This document shows positions 9,202 to 21,843 of a stretch of 64,000 nt of DNA, piece by piece; the first letter of the stretch is position 1; each line of letters opens with the position of its first letter. A model generated the notes under the pieces. That model was given only the letters and a program-made list of their open reading frames with translations. It searched no databases and had not been told where the DNA came from. The stretch spans positions 212,649 through 276,648 of the forward strand of contig CAWCHA010000003.1 of NCBI GenBank assembly GCA_963795245.1. The letters run 5' to 3'. A program made the translations under genes and the position numbers. The DNA comes from Terriglobia bacterium. GTDB taxonomy: Bacteria; Acidobacteriota; Terriglobia; Terriglobales; Acidobacteriaceae.

Positions 9202-10041
9202 TCAGTCGGTGTTGCTGAAGTTCAAAACACCGCGTTCGTCCCGCTTCATCAGTACCGGCGCACGCACCGGACTGCTCAAAAGCTGATAGCCCGGAGCCGT
9301 CCCGCCGTAGTAGAGCTGGGTGATTCGTTTTACGTAGTCGCGGGTCTCACGGAAGTGCGGTATACCAGCGCTTCGCTTCACTGCACCCGCTCCGGCGTTG
9401 TAGGCGGCCAGGCTCAGTTTCACGTCGCCACCATAACTCTCCATCAGCTTCTTCAGATGGCGCACCCCAGCATCCACGTTCTGCTGCGGATCAAACGGGT
9501 TGACCACGTTCAACGACCGCGCGGTTTGCGGCATCAACTGCATCAGCCCCATCGCACCGGTGCGGGATACCGCATTTGGATTGAAGTTCGATTCCACTTT
9601 GATGACCGCGCGCACCAGGCTTGGGTCCACGTTATGGCGGGCCGCCGCCTGGTTGATGGCGGCATCGATTTCCTGCTGCGTGAATGGTGTGCCACGCACG
9701 TAGCTGGAAACCTGCTGCGAGTTGCTGACCTCCGCGGCAGCCGAGCGCGCGGCCCGGACATTCACGGATGGCACCGGCTTCCAGCGACGCTCCGTCGGGC
9801 TCCAGTAAATAAGCCCGCTGCGTTGCGGAGCGGCAGAGGTCGAACGTCTTGGTGCTGCCGGTAGTTCGTCGTTGACATAAACCTTGCGGCCCGAGCCGTC
9901 AACGCTGGCGGTGATGCCGGCTTGTGCGCACAGATATGGCGTAGTGATAGAAAGGAAGGTCGCGAGTACGGAACTTGCCATCAGGGCGATTTGCAGGCGT
10001 TTTCGCATAGCCGGGTTTAGTGCTCGCACGCGGACAGACAA
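9202..10041 (-). CDS. lytic transglycosylase (SLT domain) protein
   Basis: 279-aa ORF with signal peptide. SLT motif VIKVESNFNPNAVSRTGAMGLMQLMPQTARSL..AYNAGAGAV. Confidence 0.85.
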   Translation of the reverse strand: MSVRVRALNPAMRKRLQIALMASSVLATFLSITTPYLCAQAGITASVDGSGRKVYVNDELPAAPRRSTSAAPQRSGLIYWSPTERRWKPVPSVNVRAARSAAAEVSNSQQVSSYVRGTPFTQQEIDAAINQAAARHNVDPSLVRAVIKVESNFNPNAVSRTGAMGLMQLMPQTARSLNVVNPFDPQQNVDAGVRHLKKLMESYGGDVKLSLAAYNAGAGAVKRSAGIPHFRETRDYVKRITQLYYGGTAPGYQLLSSPVRAPVLMKRDERGVLNFSNTD

Positions 10042-10471
10042 ATACCCCGCGCCTACCTACCCGGAACCTGACGGAGACACATCTACCAGAGTGAGGCAAT
10101 TATAGGCGGGCGGTGGGGACCTAGCAATCTCTCTAAAGACCAATAGAACCACCGAAGTAATCCAGCAATTGATTGAAAATATAGATATTTACGGGGCTGA
10201 TTGATTACCCTGCGAGTGCCACGTGAGCGGAATCTGACGGTTTCGGGGCTGGTGCGGCTTTTGGTGAGCGGCTCGGTTTTGATAGCTACCTACTCTAGCG
10301 CGTGGCGGATATGGAGCCTCATGCTGAGGCAGCGGTCCACGCCAGATCCTTCGCGACTAGAGTCGTTCAGGATGACGCCGGTTTGGGGGCTTTTCCAGTG
10401 GGCCAGTGCCCGGCTTTTGAGTCCTTCGGCCTCTGTAGTAGGCTGCCTGCGTCACCCGTTTCCAGTTCAAC

Positions 10472-11587
10472 ATGGACGACATTTTCCTGCCCCAACGCGA
10501 AGCCCCAGACTCCCTGATGCTCTATGGCTTCTGGTATCGCGCCCTGCCCAGTCACCAGGTTGGGGGCAGCCAGTTACAAAAAGCCATGCTGCTTGAGACC
10601 CCGCTGGCCATTGGGCGAGACCAGCAGGGGCGTCCGTTTGCGCTGCATGACGCCTGTCCGCATCGCGGGATGCCACTTTCCCACGGACACTTTGACGGAC
10701 AGCAGGTGGAATGCAGCTACCACGGCTGGCGGTTCGAGGGACACACCGGCCAGTGCCAGCTCATCCCTTCGCTGACGACGGACCAGAAGCTGAAAATTGA
10801 TCGTATTTATGCCGGCAGCTATCCCTGCGAAGAGCACGATGATTTTATCTGGGTCTTTATTCCCGAACCTCCGCCGTCCGGGGCCGGATTCACCAAAGCC
10901 GCGGACGCTCCGTTTCCCGCGCCGCGCGTGCCCACCTTCAGCGGGAAGTACAAGATGGCTTTTCTGACCGCCGATCTGCCTTGCACCGTCGATCACGGAA
11001 TCATCGGGCTGATGGATCCAGCGCACGGGCCGTTCGTGCATCAGGCCTGGTGGTGGCGCAGTCGCGGCAGCATCCACGAGAAGCAGAAGAATTTCGAGCC
11101 CATCCCTAACGGCTTCCGCATGAGCGCGCATACGCCTAGTTCGAACAGTGCGCCCTACAAGCTACTGCGGCTGTATGCGGACGCGGAATCGATCACCACG
11201 ACCATTGATTTCGTTCTGCCCAATCTGCGGCTGGAGACGATTCGCGCCGGCAAGTACTGGTTTTCTTCCTTGACCACAGTGACGCCCATCACCCGCAACC
11301 AGAGCCGCATCGACGTGGTGGCGGCGTGGAATATCTTTCCCTGGGTGCCATTTGGACCGGAGTTGCTGAAGTTTGTATTCGCGAAGTTTGTGGAACAAGA
11401 CCGCCTCACCATGGAGCAACAGTCGGAAGGCTTGAAGCACAATCCGCACCTGATGCTGATCGATGATGCAGACCGTCCCGCGAAATGGTATTTCGGATTG
11501 AAGGCGGCGCTGCTGGAGTCACGAAAGACAGGAGCTGAGATGGAGCATCCGCTGCCGGGGCCGGTCACGCTGAAGTGGAGAAGTTGA
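10472..11587 (+). CDS. Rieske [2Fe-2S] oxygenase (PaO/ring-hydroxylating alpha-subunit-like)
   Basis: 371-aa ORF with Rieske motif CPHRGMPLSHG..x..CSYHGWRF. The start is uncertain (the ATG for MLYGFWY downstream is an alternative). Confidence 0.8.
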   Translation: MDDIFLPQREAPDSLMLYGFWYRALPSHQVGGSQLQKAMLLETPLAIGRDQQGRPFALHDACPHRGMPLSHGHFDGQQVECSYHGWRFEGHTGQCQLIPSLTTDQKLKIDRIYAGSYPCEEHDDFIWVFIPEPPPSGAGFTKAADAPFPAPRVPTFSGKYKMAFLTADLPCTVDHGIIGLMDPAHGPFVHQAWWWRSRGSIHEKQKNFEPIPNGFRMSAHTPSSNSAPYKLLRLYADAESITTTIDFVLPNLRLETIRAGKYWFSSLTTVTPITRNQSRIDVVAAWNIFPWVPFGPELLKFVFAKFVEQDRLTMEQQSEGLKHNPHLMLIDDADRPAKWYFGLKAALLESRKTGAEMEHPLPGPVTLKWRS

Positions 11588-11648
11588 GGCGATTAGCGGG
11601 CGTCTAAGCCCGCTGCCGAAATCCTGAGCGCAGCGAAGGATCTCCCGC

Positions 11649-12011
11649 TCAATCCGCGACGAGCCAGTCCATCGCTTCCTCGCGCGTCTTGAAAATCGGC
11701 AAATCCCGCTGCGAAAAAGCCTTCAGGTGCTCGTAGAAAATCTTTGGCAATTGCTCCACACCCACCCACGCGGAACGCTTCAGATGCGGCCGGTCGAAGA
11801 CCAGCGAAGGCTTAATTCGATCCACGGTCTTCCGGTCGAATACGGCGCCGGTAAAATCCGCCAGCAGAAGCACTGAGCCGTGAGGCTGCGAGGTTACTTC
11901 GGCCGGTACCAACGCGGCAAGTTCTATCAGTTGCTCGACCGTACAGTTGGTGCAATCCACCAGCAGGATCTTCTTCCCTTTGTGGCTGATGAAACCAATA
12001 CGATTTTTCAT
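11649..12011 (-). CDS. hypothetical protein, SpoIIAA/STAS-like fold suspected
   Basis: 120-aa ORF MKNRIGFISHKGKKILLVDCTNCTVEQLIELAALVPAEV..LLLADFTGAVFD..REEAMDWLVAD. The function call is weak. Confidence 0.6.
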   Translation of the reverse strand: MKNRIGFISHKGKKILLVDCTNCTVEQLIELAALVPAEVTSQPHGSVLLLADFTGAVFDRKTVDRIKPSLVFDRPHLKRSAWVGVEQLPKIFYEHLKAFSQRDLPIFKTREEAMDWLVAD

Positions 12012-12061
12012 CCGCCCTCCTCGCGTACTGAGAACCGGGAACAGGTATCTGACAACTGAAT

Positions 12062-15046
<2,985 letters not shown>

Positions 15047-15220
15047 TCACGATTCTAGCATCGGCGAACGGACGTCGCCGGGTGGCGAGGGGCAGGGCAG
15101 TGCGGTAGCTTGCAGGCGTCCGTTGAGTTTGATCCAACTCAAATGTGGGGCATTCCAGGGGCAATTCGGCGATGTAGCCTTGTGCTTTCGGCGGGTAAGC
15201 GCCCGCCCGCCGTCAAACTT

Positions 15221-15348
15221 TGTCATCTTGAGCGGAGAGAACGGACTCGCCTGCGGTCCGTTCCCCCAGTCGAAAGACCTTGTGTTCGCCGGCACCGACC
15301 CAGTCGCCAGCAAAACGCAAGGTCCCTCGACTTCGCTCCGGATGACAG
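15221..15348. repeat. palindromic intergenic element, family B (TGTCATCC-GAGCG ... CGCTC-GGATGACA termini)
   Basis: tgtcatcttgagcggagagaacgg..agtcgaaagaccttgtgttcgccggc // gccagcaaaacgcaaggtccctcgacttcgctccggatgaca. It lies between the alaS upstream region and the repeat-protein gene stop. Confidence 0.8.
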
Positions 15349-15387
15349 CCGTGCAACGGGATGCGCTTCAGGGAGTCGCGCGATTTG

Positions 15388-15928
15388 CTACTTCACTGCG
15401 TCGCCGGTTTTCTCCGCGCCTTCTTTTACTCCGTGGCCGATATCTTTTGCGCCCGTCTTGATGCCGTGTCCTGTTTTCTTGGCGACGTGTTCGGTGCCTT
15501 TGGCGGCATCTTTACTTGCGTCGGCGGTCTTGTCAGCCGCCTTGTCGACACCATGCTCAGTTTTCCTGGCGACCTTTTTGGTGCCATGAGCTGTGTCGTG
15601 AGCGGCGTCCTTCGTGGTGTCGGCGGTCTTGTCGGCTGCTTTGTCGACGCCGTGTTCGGTCTTCCTGGCGGCCTTCTTGGTGCCGTGGGCCGTGTCTTTT
15701 GCCGCGTCCTTCGTGGTGTCGGCGGTCTTATCAGCTGCTTTATCGGTGGCGTGCGCAGTTTTCTTTGCGGCCTTCTTGGTCGCGTGAGCTGTGTCCTGGG
15801 CAGCGTCTTTGGTCGTGTCTGCGGTCTTGTCCGCCGCTTTGTCGACATCGGACTTCATGTCTTGCGAATAAGCGAACGACGCCACTCCGAGCAGCATCGC
15901 CGCTAAAATAATTGTCTTTTGCCTTCAT
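15388..15928 (-). CDS. secreted LEA-like 11-mer repeat protein (apparent 1-nt frameshift inside the signal peptide)
   Basis: ORF 15388-15897 encodes DKAADKTADTT KDAAxDTAHGT KKAARKTEHGV repeated. A strong SD (AGGAGGAAGT) precedes the ATG at 15926-15928, which is in another frame. Skipping one nt in GCAAAAGACA gives MKAKTIILAAMLLGVASFAYSQD, a canonical signal peptide. Confidence 0.7.
15448..15843 (-). repeat. 4 x 99-bp tandem coding repeat (33-aa units made of three 11-mers)
   Basis: Protein residues 19-150 form four near-identical 33-aa units, each starting DKAADKTAD. Confidence 0.85.
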
Positions 15929-16014
15929 ACTTCCTCCTGTTGAGTGAAACGGGTGACACGGAGTATCCAGCATTTTCGGAGGAAACGCAACGCCGCCCGG
16001 GTCAGGGTTGGTTT

Positions 16015-16128
16015 TCTTTGCGCCCTTCGCGGAATCTCTTTGCGCCCTTTGTGGTAAAGGGTTTGACCTCGATTGCATCCAAAAATCTCAGACCGCAAAG
16101 TGCGCAAAGAATACCGCGAAGGCCGCAA
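16015..16128. repeat. palindromic intergenic element, family C
   Basis: tctttgcgcccttcgcggaatctctttgcgccctttgtggtaaagggttt // cagaccgcaaagtgcgcaaagaataccgcgaaggccgcaa, between the recX stop and the repeat-protein gene start. Confidence 0.8.
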
Positions 16129-16147
16129 CGAGAAGAGAACCTAAGAC

Positions 16148-16681
16148 TCACTCCAGTTCTCCCTCCAGAGCGGTCAGGGTCTCATCGTCAATATCCCACT
16201 TTTTCAGGATGGTGAAAATCGTCTTGGCTCCGAAGCCCGCGCGTGCCAGTTGGCGGAAGATTCGTGCCGCATCTTTCTGATTCTTCGGCTTCTGGAGGCG
16301 TTTACGGCGCAGGTAATCGCGTGCCTGCTTCTCTTCGTTCACATCGTCGTAGGCCGAATCCACGGCTTTGTCGATGACTTCGCCGTGGACGCCTTTGGCT
16401 TTCAGGTCGGTGATCACACGGCGGCGTCCGAACTTTTCATTGTCGCGGCGGAATGACGAAAATGCGGCGGCATACTTGGCGTCATTCAGATACCCCTGAT
16501 CCTTCAATCGGCGAATGACCAGTTCCACCAGCGTCTTGCCGTATTCGGTGTCGGCATCGACGCGCGGCCGCAGCAGGCGTTTCAGTTCAGCCACGGAACG
16601 CATGCGGCGACCTAGCGCGCCCACGGCGTATTCGTAGAGAACGGCTTCCGAATCGGTTTTTCTGGGGCGGGGGAACGGCAT
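16148..16681 (-). CDS. recX: recombination regulator RecX
   Basis: ORF 16148-16729. The likely start is MPFPRPRK at 16681. RecX-like three-repeat helical sequence (AVLYEYAVGALGRRMRSVAELKRLL..VIRRLKDQGYLNDAKYAAAF..ITDLKAKGV..FRQLARAGF) and recX-alaS synteny. Confidence 0.8.
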   Translation of the reverse strand: MPFPRPRKTDSEAVLYEYAVGALGRRMRSVAELKRLLRPRVDADTEYGKTLVELVIRRLKDQGYLNDAKYAAAFSSFRRDNEKFGRRRVITDLKAKGVHGEVIDKAVDSAYDDVNEEKQARDYLRRKRLQKPKNQKDAARIFRQLARAGFGAKTIFTILKKWDIDDETLTALEGELE

Positions 16682-16884
16682 GGTGTAAGCAAATGTTAAA
16701 GCGTTGTAAATTGTTGTAAAGAAAAACATCTCGGCACTATCGTCGCAATGCCACGGAACTCCTGTACTGCCAACTACGTATACACCACTGCAGGCTGAAA
16801 TTCACGAAGTGAGCAGGCGGACCGGGTGGTGACTTTCTTCCCAACGTGTCGTCTACTTATTGCATAGAAGATCAGGAGTTAGTC

Positions 16885-17289
16885 ATGTTGACCATCGATG
16901 TTGAGAAGAACGGCGAAGTGGCGGTAATGCACTGCAGCGGACGATTGGTGCGCGGGGTCGAAGTCTGCAGCTTGAAGACTGCGGTTGTTTCGCAGAAAAC
17001 CACCCGCATCGTGATCCTGGACCTTTCGCAAGTCGAATTCATGGACGCGGGCGGCCTGAACTCACTGGTGTCGCTGCATCACTGGACGCTGAATCATGGG
17101 ATCCAGCTCAAGCTGGTGCATCCGACTGGATTGGTCCGCGAGATGCTGACCCGTACTCATTTGAACCGGCTGTTCGATATGTCGTCACTTCGCGACGCGA
17201 TGGTGATCCTCAGCGGTGTGGATTGCAGTCATCATGCGAAGTTCGGTGCGGGATATCTGAGCCCGATGCAAGCGCTGGCGGCAAAATAG
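16885..17289 (+). CDS. STAS-domain anti-sigma-factor antagonist
   Basis: ORF 16846-17289 with ATG at 16885 (MLTIDVEKNGEVAVMHCSGRLV..ILDLSQVEFMDAGGLNSLVSL..GIQLKLVHPTGLVREML). Confidence 0.75.
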   Translation: MLTIDVEKNGEVAVMHCSGRLVRGVEVCSLKTAVVSQKTTRIVILDLSQVEFMDAGGLNSLVSLHHWTLNHGIQLKLVHPTGLVREMLTRTHLNRLFDMSSLRDAMVILSGVDCSHHAKFGAGYLSPMQALAAK

Positions 17290-17320
17290 CAGTTCGTCGT
17301 GACGATGCCGCAAACAGTAA

Positions 17321-17356
17321 AAAGGGGCGCGCATAAAGCGCGCCCTTGGCTTTTCT
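17321..17356. terminator. bidirectional terminator between convergent STAS gene and pilT
   Basis: aaaggggcgcgc-ataaa-gcgcgccctt stem-loop, flanked by an A-run upstream and ggcttttct downstream. Confidence 0.65.
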
Positions 17357-17366
17357 GAAATGAACC

Positions 17367-18494
17367 TCAGCGACCGCCGCTGAAACCTGTCTGCTGCATG
17401 GCGTTGCGGGAAATGTCGCTGGTGGAAGAGACGCCCTGCATGCGCAGCTTGAAGTCGTCGGCGTTGGAGGCGTTTTCCAAAGCGGTTTCGTAGTTGATCA
17501 ATCCGGCCTGGAACAAATCCCATAGCGACTGATCGAAGGTCTGCATGCCGTACTGCGAAGTTCCGGCAGAGATGGCGTCGCGGACCGCACGCGTCTTTTC
17601 CGGAACCAGAATACATTCGCGGATGTACGCGGTGTTGATCATGACTTCGACAGCCGGTACGCGGCCATCGCCGTCACAGCGTCGCACCAGCCGTTGACTG
17701 ATAACAGCGCGCAGCACAGCGGCAAGCTGCAACCGAATCTGCTTCTGCTCCGGCGGCGGGAAGATCGCGATAATACGGTTGATGGTTTCGACCGCGTCCA
17801 GGGTATGCAAGGTGGAGAACACCATGTGGCCGGTTTCGGCGGCATGCAGCGCGGTGCCGATAGTTTCCAGATCGCGCATTTCGCCGACCAGGATGACGTC
17901 GGGATCCTGACGCAGGGAAGCACGCAACGCGGCTCCGAATGACGGCGTGTCCACTTCCACTTCGCGCTGGTTCACGTAGCCTTTTTTGTCGCGGTGCAAA
18001 AATTCGATTGGGTCTTCGATGGTGATGATGTGTTCGGCGCGAGTGGAGTTGATGCGATCCACCATGGCGGCCAGGGTGGTTGACTTACCAGAACCGGTGA
18101 CGCCGGTGACCAGAATCAGTCCTCGCGGCATTTCGCAAACCTGTTCCACAATCTTGGGCAAGTAAAGTTCGTCGAGCGCGCGAATTTTGGTGGGGATGAC
18201 GCGCAGCACCAGTCCGACGTTGCCGCGCTGCTGGAATACGTTCACACGGAAGCGGCCGAGTCCGGCGACGCCGTAGGCCATGTCGATTTCCGTGGTTTCC
18301 TTGAATTTCTGTTTCTGGCGCGCGGACATCATGCTGAACGCCATGGTCAGCATATCTTCAGCGCTGACGCGCGGCTGGTCAGTCAGCGGAGTCAGGTCGC
18401 CATCGATACGAAGATGGGGATAGTTGCCAACCTTCAGGTGCAAGTCAGAGGCCCGGCGCTCCATGGCAATGCGCAGCAAGTCATCAATATTCAT
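17367..18494 (-). CDS. pilT: type IV pilus twitching-motility ATPase PilT
   Basis: ORF 17367-18551. The likely start is MNIDDLLRIAMERRASDLHLKVG at 18494. Walker A GVTGSGKSTTLAAM, Asp box and His box (HMVFSTLHT). Confidence 0.9.
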   Translation of the reverse strand: MNIDDLLRIAMERRASDLHLKVGNYPHLRIDGDLTPLTDQPRVSAEDMLTMAFSMMSARQKQKFKETTEIDMAYGVAGLGRFRVNVFQQRGNVGLVLRVIPTKIRALDELYLPKIVEQVCEMPRGLILVTGVTGSGKSTTLAAMVDRINSTRAEHIITIEDPIEFLHRDKKGYVNQREVEVDTPSFGAALRASLRQDPDVILVGEMRDLETIGTALHAAETGHMVFSTLHTLDAVETINRIIAIFPPPEQKQIRLQLAAVLRAVISQRLVRRCDGDGRVPAVEVMINTAYIRECILVPEKTRAVRDAISAGTSQYGMQTFDQSLWDLFQAGLINYETALENASNADDFKLRMQGVSSTSDISRNAMQQTGFSGGR

Positions 18495-18609
18495 TCGACA
18501 CTTCCCCCAAATAACCTCCCGTATGATGACGCGAAAAGTCACTAAGCCCAAGATGACCTAAGTAACGAGCGAGGACGCGACAGGGACAGACCCTTTGGAC
18601 GGGAAGGCT

Positions 18610-18656
18610 CGCGTAGGGGCGGGCGCTCTCGCCCGCCCAGCGGAGCAAAGCTCCGC
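18610..18656. repeat. hairpin pair, family K-like
   Basis: cgcgtaggggcgggcgctctcgcccgcccagcggagcaaagctccgc. Two adjacent perfect hairpins: gggcgggcg/cgcccgccc and gcggag/ctccgc. Confidence 0.7.
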
Positions 18657-18703
18657 AGTTCTGTACATTCGGGGGAGTGCAGGCAGCCGCAGCAACTCTG
18701 AAC

Positions 18704-18830
18704 TGTCATCCCGAGCGAAGTCGAGGGACCTTGCGTTTGCCGGCAGCAGTGTCAGCGCATGCCAACACAAGGTCTTTCGACTCCGAGAACAGACTCGCAA
18801 GCGAGCCCGTTCTCTCCGCTCAAGATGACA
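18704..18830. repeat. palindromic intergenic element, family B
   Basis: tgtcatcccgagcgaagtcgagggaccttgcgtttgccggc .. caacacaaggtctttcgactccgag..ctccgctcaagatgaca. Confidence 0.8.
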
Positions 18831-18893
18831 GGTCTTTGTAGGCCGCTCGGAAACCAGTGGACTTAGTCCATGGACTTAGTCTATGATTGCAGA

Positions 18894-19131
18894 ATGGAAG
18901 TCAACATTCATGAGGCCAAGACACATTTCTCCCGCCTGCTGCAGAGGGTTGCTGCGGGAGAAGAAGTCGTCATCGCGCGTGCGGGCGTGCCGGTAGCAAA
19001 GCTGGTGGCTGTTGAGCCGAAGAAGGCGAAGACTCGTCCCTTGGGTATGGCCCGGGGGACGCATCTGGATTGCGGACGATTTCGATGCGCCATTGCCGGA
19101 TGAATTCTGGCAGGATTCTATGGCGGCGTAA
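18894..19131 (+). pseudogene. Phd/YefM-type antitoxin, frameshifted at a G5 run
   Basis: MEVNIHEAKTHFSRLLQRVAAGEEVVIARAGVPVAKLVAVEPKKAKTRPLGMARG, then after the G5 run (19054-19058) the expected C-terminus RIWIADDFDAPLPDEFWQDSMAA* is in the +1 frame. Confidence 0.75.
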
Positions 19132-19171
19132 TGCCTAAGATGACCGGAACTTCTCGCCGGAAACGCAAGAA

Positions 19172-19569
19172 GTGAAGTACCTGCTGGACACAGTGGTCTG
19201 GCTGTGGAGCGTCGCCCGTCCGAACAGCGCTCGGGGACTGAGGCCTCGCGATCCTTGCGAGAGCAGACAGGAAGAGATCTATCTCTCTGCGGCCAATCGT
19301 GGGAAATCGGCAATCAAAATGCGGCTTGGTAAGTTGAATTTTCCAGGCCCTCCGGCAGTATGTCGTTCCCGCCTTCATGGCCGAGCAGGGCATTCGCTCG
19401 TTGGCTATCAATCACATCCAGCGTTCAAGTCTACGACCTACCCTCGCACCACGGCGATCCCTTCGACCGCATGATCATTGCTCAGGCAATGGTCGAGGAA
19501 ATGACAGTGCTGACTTCGGACCGCGAGTTCGAAAAATATTCGATTGATGTGGTTTGGTGCGGAAGGTGA
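19172..19569 (+). pseudogene. vapC: VapC (PIN-domain) toxin, at least two frameshifts
   Basis: (V)KYLLDTVVWLWSVA..IYLSAA..AIKMRLGKLNFPGPPA is in frame 2. QYVVPAFMAEQGIRSLAINHI is in frame 3. VQVYDLPSHHGDPFDRMIIAQAMVEEMTVLTSDREFEKYSIDVVWCGR* is in frame 1. Confidence 0.75.
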
Positions 19570-19763
19570 CTGGGTGGAGCAGGCCTTCAGGCCTGCATAA
19601 AGATGGGGTATAGGTGTTGGGCTTCAGCCCGTGAGGTATCTCCGCGGCTGAAGCCGCTGTCGTTCTTCCTTCAATGCAGCGTGAAACCGCTACTCCACCC
19701 AATATAAAAGCCAGTAGAGCTGAGCTCCGCTCCCCCCGGACCTGGCGTCCGGGGCTACGGTTC

Positions 19764-20711
19764 TTAGACGCCGACGGGCTGCTTGCTGCCGACCGCTACC
19801 GGGGTAAGCCACTTGTATTTGTCGGGCTTCTCTCCGTTGACGATGGCGTAGAACTCTTTCTGGATCGCCTTGGTAATGGGCCCGACCGTACCTTTGCCGA
19901 CGCTGATCTTGTCCACTGACCGAATCGGCGTGACTTCCGCCGCGGTGCCGGTGAAGAAGACCTCATCCGCGATGTAGAGCAGTTCGCGCGGAATGCCTTG
20001 CTCAGTGACCGGAATGCCCAGGTCGCGAGCAATCTGCAGTACCGACTCTCGAGTGATTCCAGGCAGCACTGAATTGCCCAGTGGCGCTGTATTCAGCACG
20101 CCATTGCGGACGACGAATACATTTTCTCCCGAGCCTTCGCTCACATATCCGTTGGCGTCGAGCGCAATGCCTTCAACGTAGCCGTTGATGATGGCTTCCA
20201 TCTTGATGAGCTGCGAGTTCATGTAGTTCGCGGCGGACTTGGCCATCGCCGGCAAGGTGTTGGGCGCGATGCGGGTCCATGAAGAAACGCAGACGTCGGC
20301 GCCTTCTCCGGAATCCGAGGTCAGATACTTGCCCCAGGGATAATTGCAGATGTAAACCTCGGTCGGCGAATTCAGCGGATTGACTCCGGCTTCGCCGTAT
20401 CCACGCATCACAATGGGACGGATGTAGCACGGCCACACAGCATTGTTTTTGACCAAATCGGATATTCCGGCAATCAGCTCTTCTACGGAGTAGTCCACGT
20501 CGATGCGATAAATCTTGGCGGAATCCAGCAAGCGCTGCATGTGCTCTTTGGCACGGAAGATGGCCGGACCGCTGGGCGGAGCATAGCAACGTACGCCCTC
20601 GAACACAGAAGAGCCGTAGTGGATCACATGCGACATCACGTGAATGTGAGCGCTGTCCCAGGGAATAAGTTTGCCGTTGTGCCAGATTTTCTCGGTCTTC
20701 TGAATCGCCAT
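19764..20711 (-). CDS. ilvE: branched-chain amino acid aminotransferase
   Basis: 315-aa ORF MAIQKTEKIWHNGKLIPWDSAHIHVMSHVIHYGSSVFEGVRCY..NYMNSQL..LPGITR..FFTGTAAEVTPI, a class IV aminotransferase. Confidence 0.9.
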   Translation of the reverse strand: MAIQKTEKIWHNGKLIPWDSAHIHVMSHVIHYGSSVFEGVRCYAPPSGPAIFRAKEHMQRLLDSAKIYRIDVDYSVEELIAGISDLVKNNAVWPCYIRPIVMRGYGEAGVNPLNSPTEVYICNYPWGKYLTSDSGEGADVCVSSWTRIAPNTLPAMAKSAANYMNSQLIKMEAIINGYVEGIALDANGYVSEGSGENVFVVRNGVLNTAPLGNSVLPGITRESVLQIARDLGIPVTEQGIPRELLYIADEVFFTGTAAEVTPIRSVDKISVGKGTVGPITKAIQKEFYAIVNGEKPDKYKWLTPVAVGSKQPVGV

Positions 20712-20967
20712 GAATACTCCTGAAGCTCAAATACGCCGCCCGCGCTTAGGAAAGCTTAACCGGCGCGACCATTTCATTATAGCCGAGGGCCCCCATGGCT
20801 TTAATGGAACGGATGGAGTGGGCCTTTAGGCCGCATACAGATCGGCTTCAGTGTTGAGCTTTACCGGCTGAGAAGTGTCATTGCCCACCCCCAACAGCTG
20901 TTTATCTACTGGCGATTTTTCGCCAACTATAATGTCGGCGTGAAGGATTTGTTCAAACAGGACGAAC

Positions 20968-21363
20968 TTGCCTTCCGAGCTGGTGGAAGGCGCAACGCTT
21001 CGTGGAAATGAGTATGGTTGGTCTATCATCTCGTTTCCGGTTGCTCTAGAAAGAGGAGTTCGACACGGTTACGCCTGCTTAGGCGGCCAATTCCAATTCC
21101 GTTTGGGTGACGGTTCGACCTGCGAGATGTACTGGCTCAGTGCCGACTCAACAGAACGGTTGCCGGGCGAGCAATGGGCTGATTTTTCCCTGCGCTCATG
21201 TTCCGAGGTAAAGCAGAATTTTCAGCGACTAATCTCGGGGGTAGATTTCGCCAAGGAAGCAATGTCCTGGAACCTCTCACCTGTTGCCATCGAGAATGTT
21301 GTTTTTGTTGCTTATTTTGTAGCGGAGTCAGACCTCGCCAGACTTGAGACTTTGAAGTGGTAA
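20968..21363 (+). CDS. hypothetical small protein (AT-richer islet)
   Basis: 131-aa ORF starting at TTG. A GTG 27 nt upstream in another frame (VKDLFKQDE) suggests the start is uncertain or shifted. I recognise no family. Confidence 0.45.
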   Translation: MPSELVEGATLRGNEYGWSIISFPVALERGVRHGYACLGGQFQFRLGDGSTCEMYWLSADSTERLPGEQWADFSLRSCSEVKQNFQRLISGVDFAKEAMSWNLSPVAIENVVFVAYFVAESDLARLETLKW

Positions 21364-21408
21364 CGGTGCAGGAAATTGCCGCCCAGTGAAAATGAAAAAG
21401 GAGAGCCG

Positions 21409-21843
21409 ATGAGCCGATTCTTGAGTATTTGCCTGGTAGCAAGCTGCGGGATAGTTTCGGTCCTGGCTGCATCTCCTCCGCAGAAGATTTCGATGGCAGG
21501 CGACCGGGCGAATGCTTCGAAGGCAACGATCGAGGGTTTGGTCCGGGACGCCGCCTGTCCCATTCAGAACCTCGACTCAACTCCGACTAACCTAAGCATG
21601 AAATGCGTGAGGGAATGCGTGAGAGGTGGTTCGCCGCTCGTGATTCTGACGAATGATGGTCACCTGTATTTCCCTATCTCTGACAAAATGCCTGACAAGG
21701 ACCAGCGGCAAAAACTGATGCCATTCGTCGGCGAATACGTGCAGGCTAGCGGGACTGTATTTGAGCGGACAGGAGCGCATGCAATTGTGATCTCGGAAAT
21801 TAAGGAAATGAAAGAGATCCACTTGAAGATGGATGGGAACTAA
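21409..21843 (+). CDS. hypothetical secreted Cys-containing protein
   Basis: ORF 21376-21843. ATG at 21409 is preceded by AAAGGAGAG. Signal peptide MSRFLSICLVASCGIVSVLAAS. Confidence 0.65.
   Translation: MSRFLSICLVASCGIVSVLAASPPQKISMAGDRANASKATIEGLVRDAACPIQNLDSTPTNLSMKCVRECVRGGSPLVILTNDGHLYFPISDKMPDKDQRQKLMPFVGEYVQASGTVFERTGAHAIVISEIKEMKEIHLKMDGN

Noticed and set aside
15448-15843. A 99-bp x 4 tandem repeat considered as a non-coding satellite or CRISPR-like array
   Set aside because: It is in frame within a long ORF, has no spacers, and translates to a regular 11-mer amphipathic repeat. It is a coding repeat.
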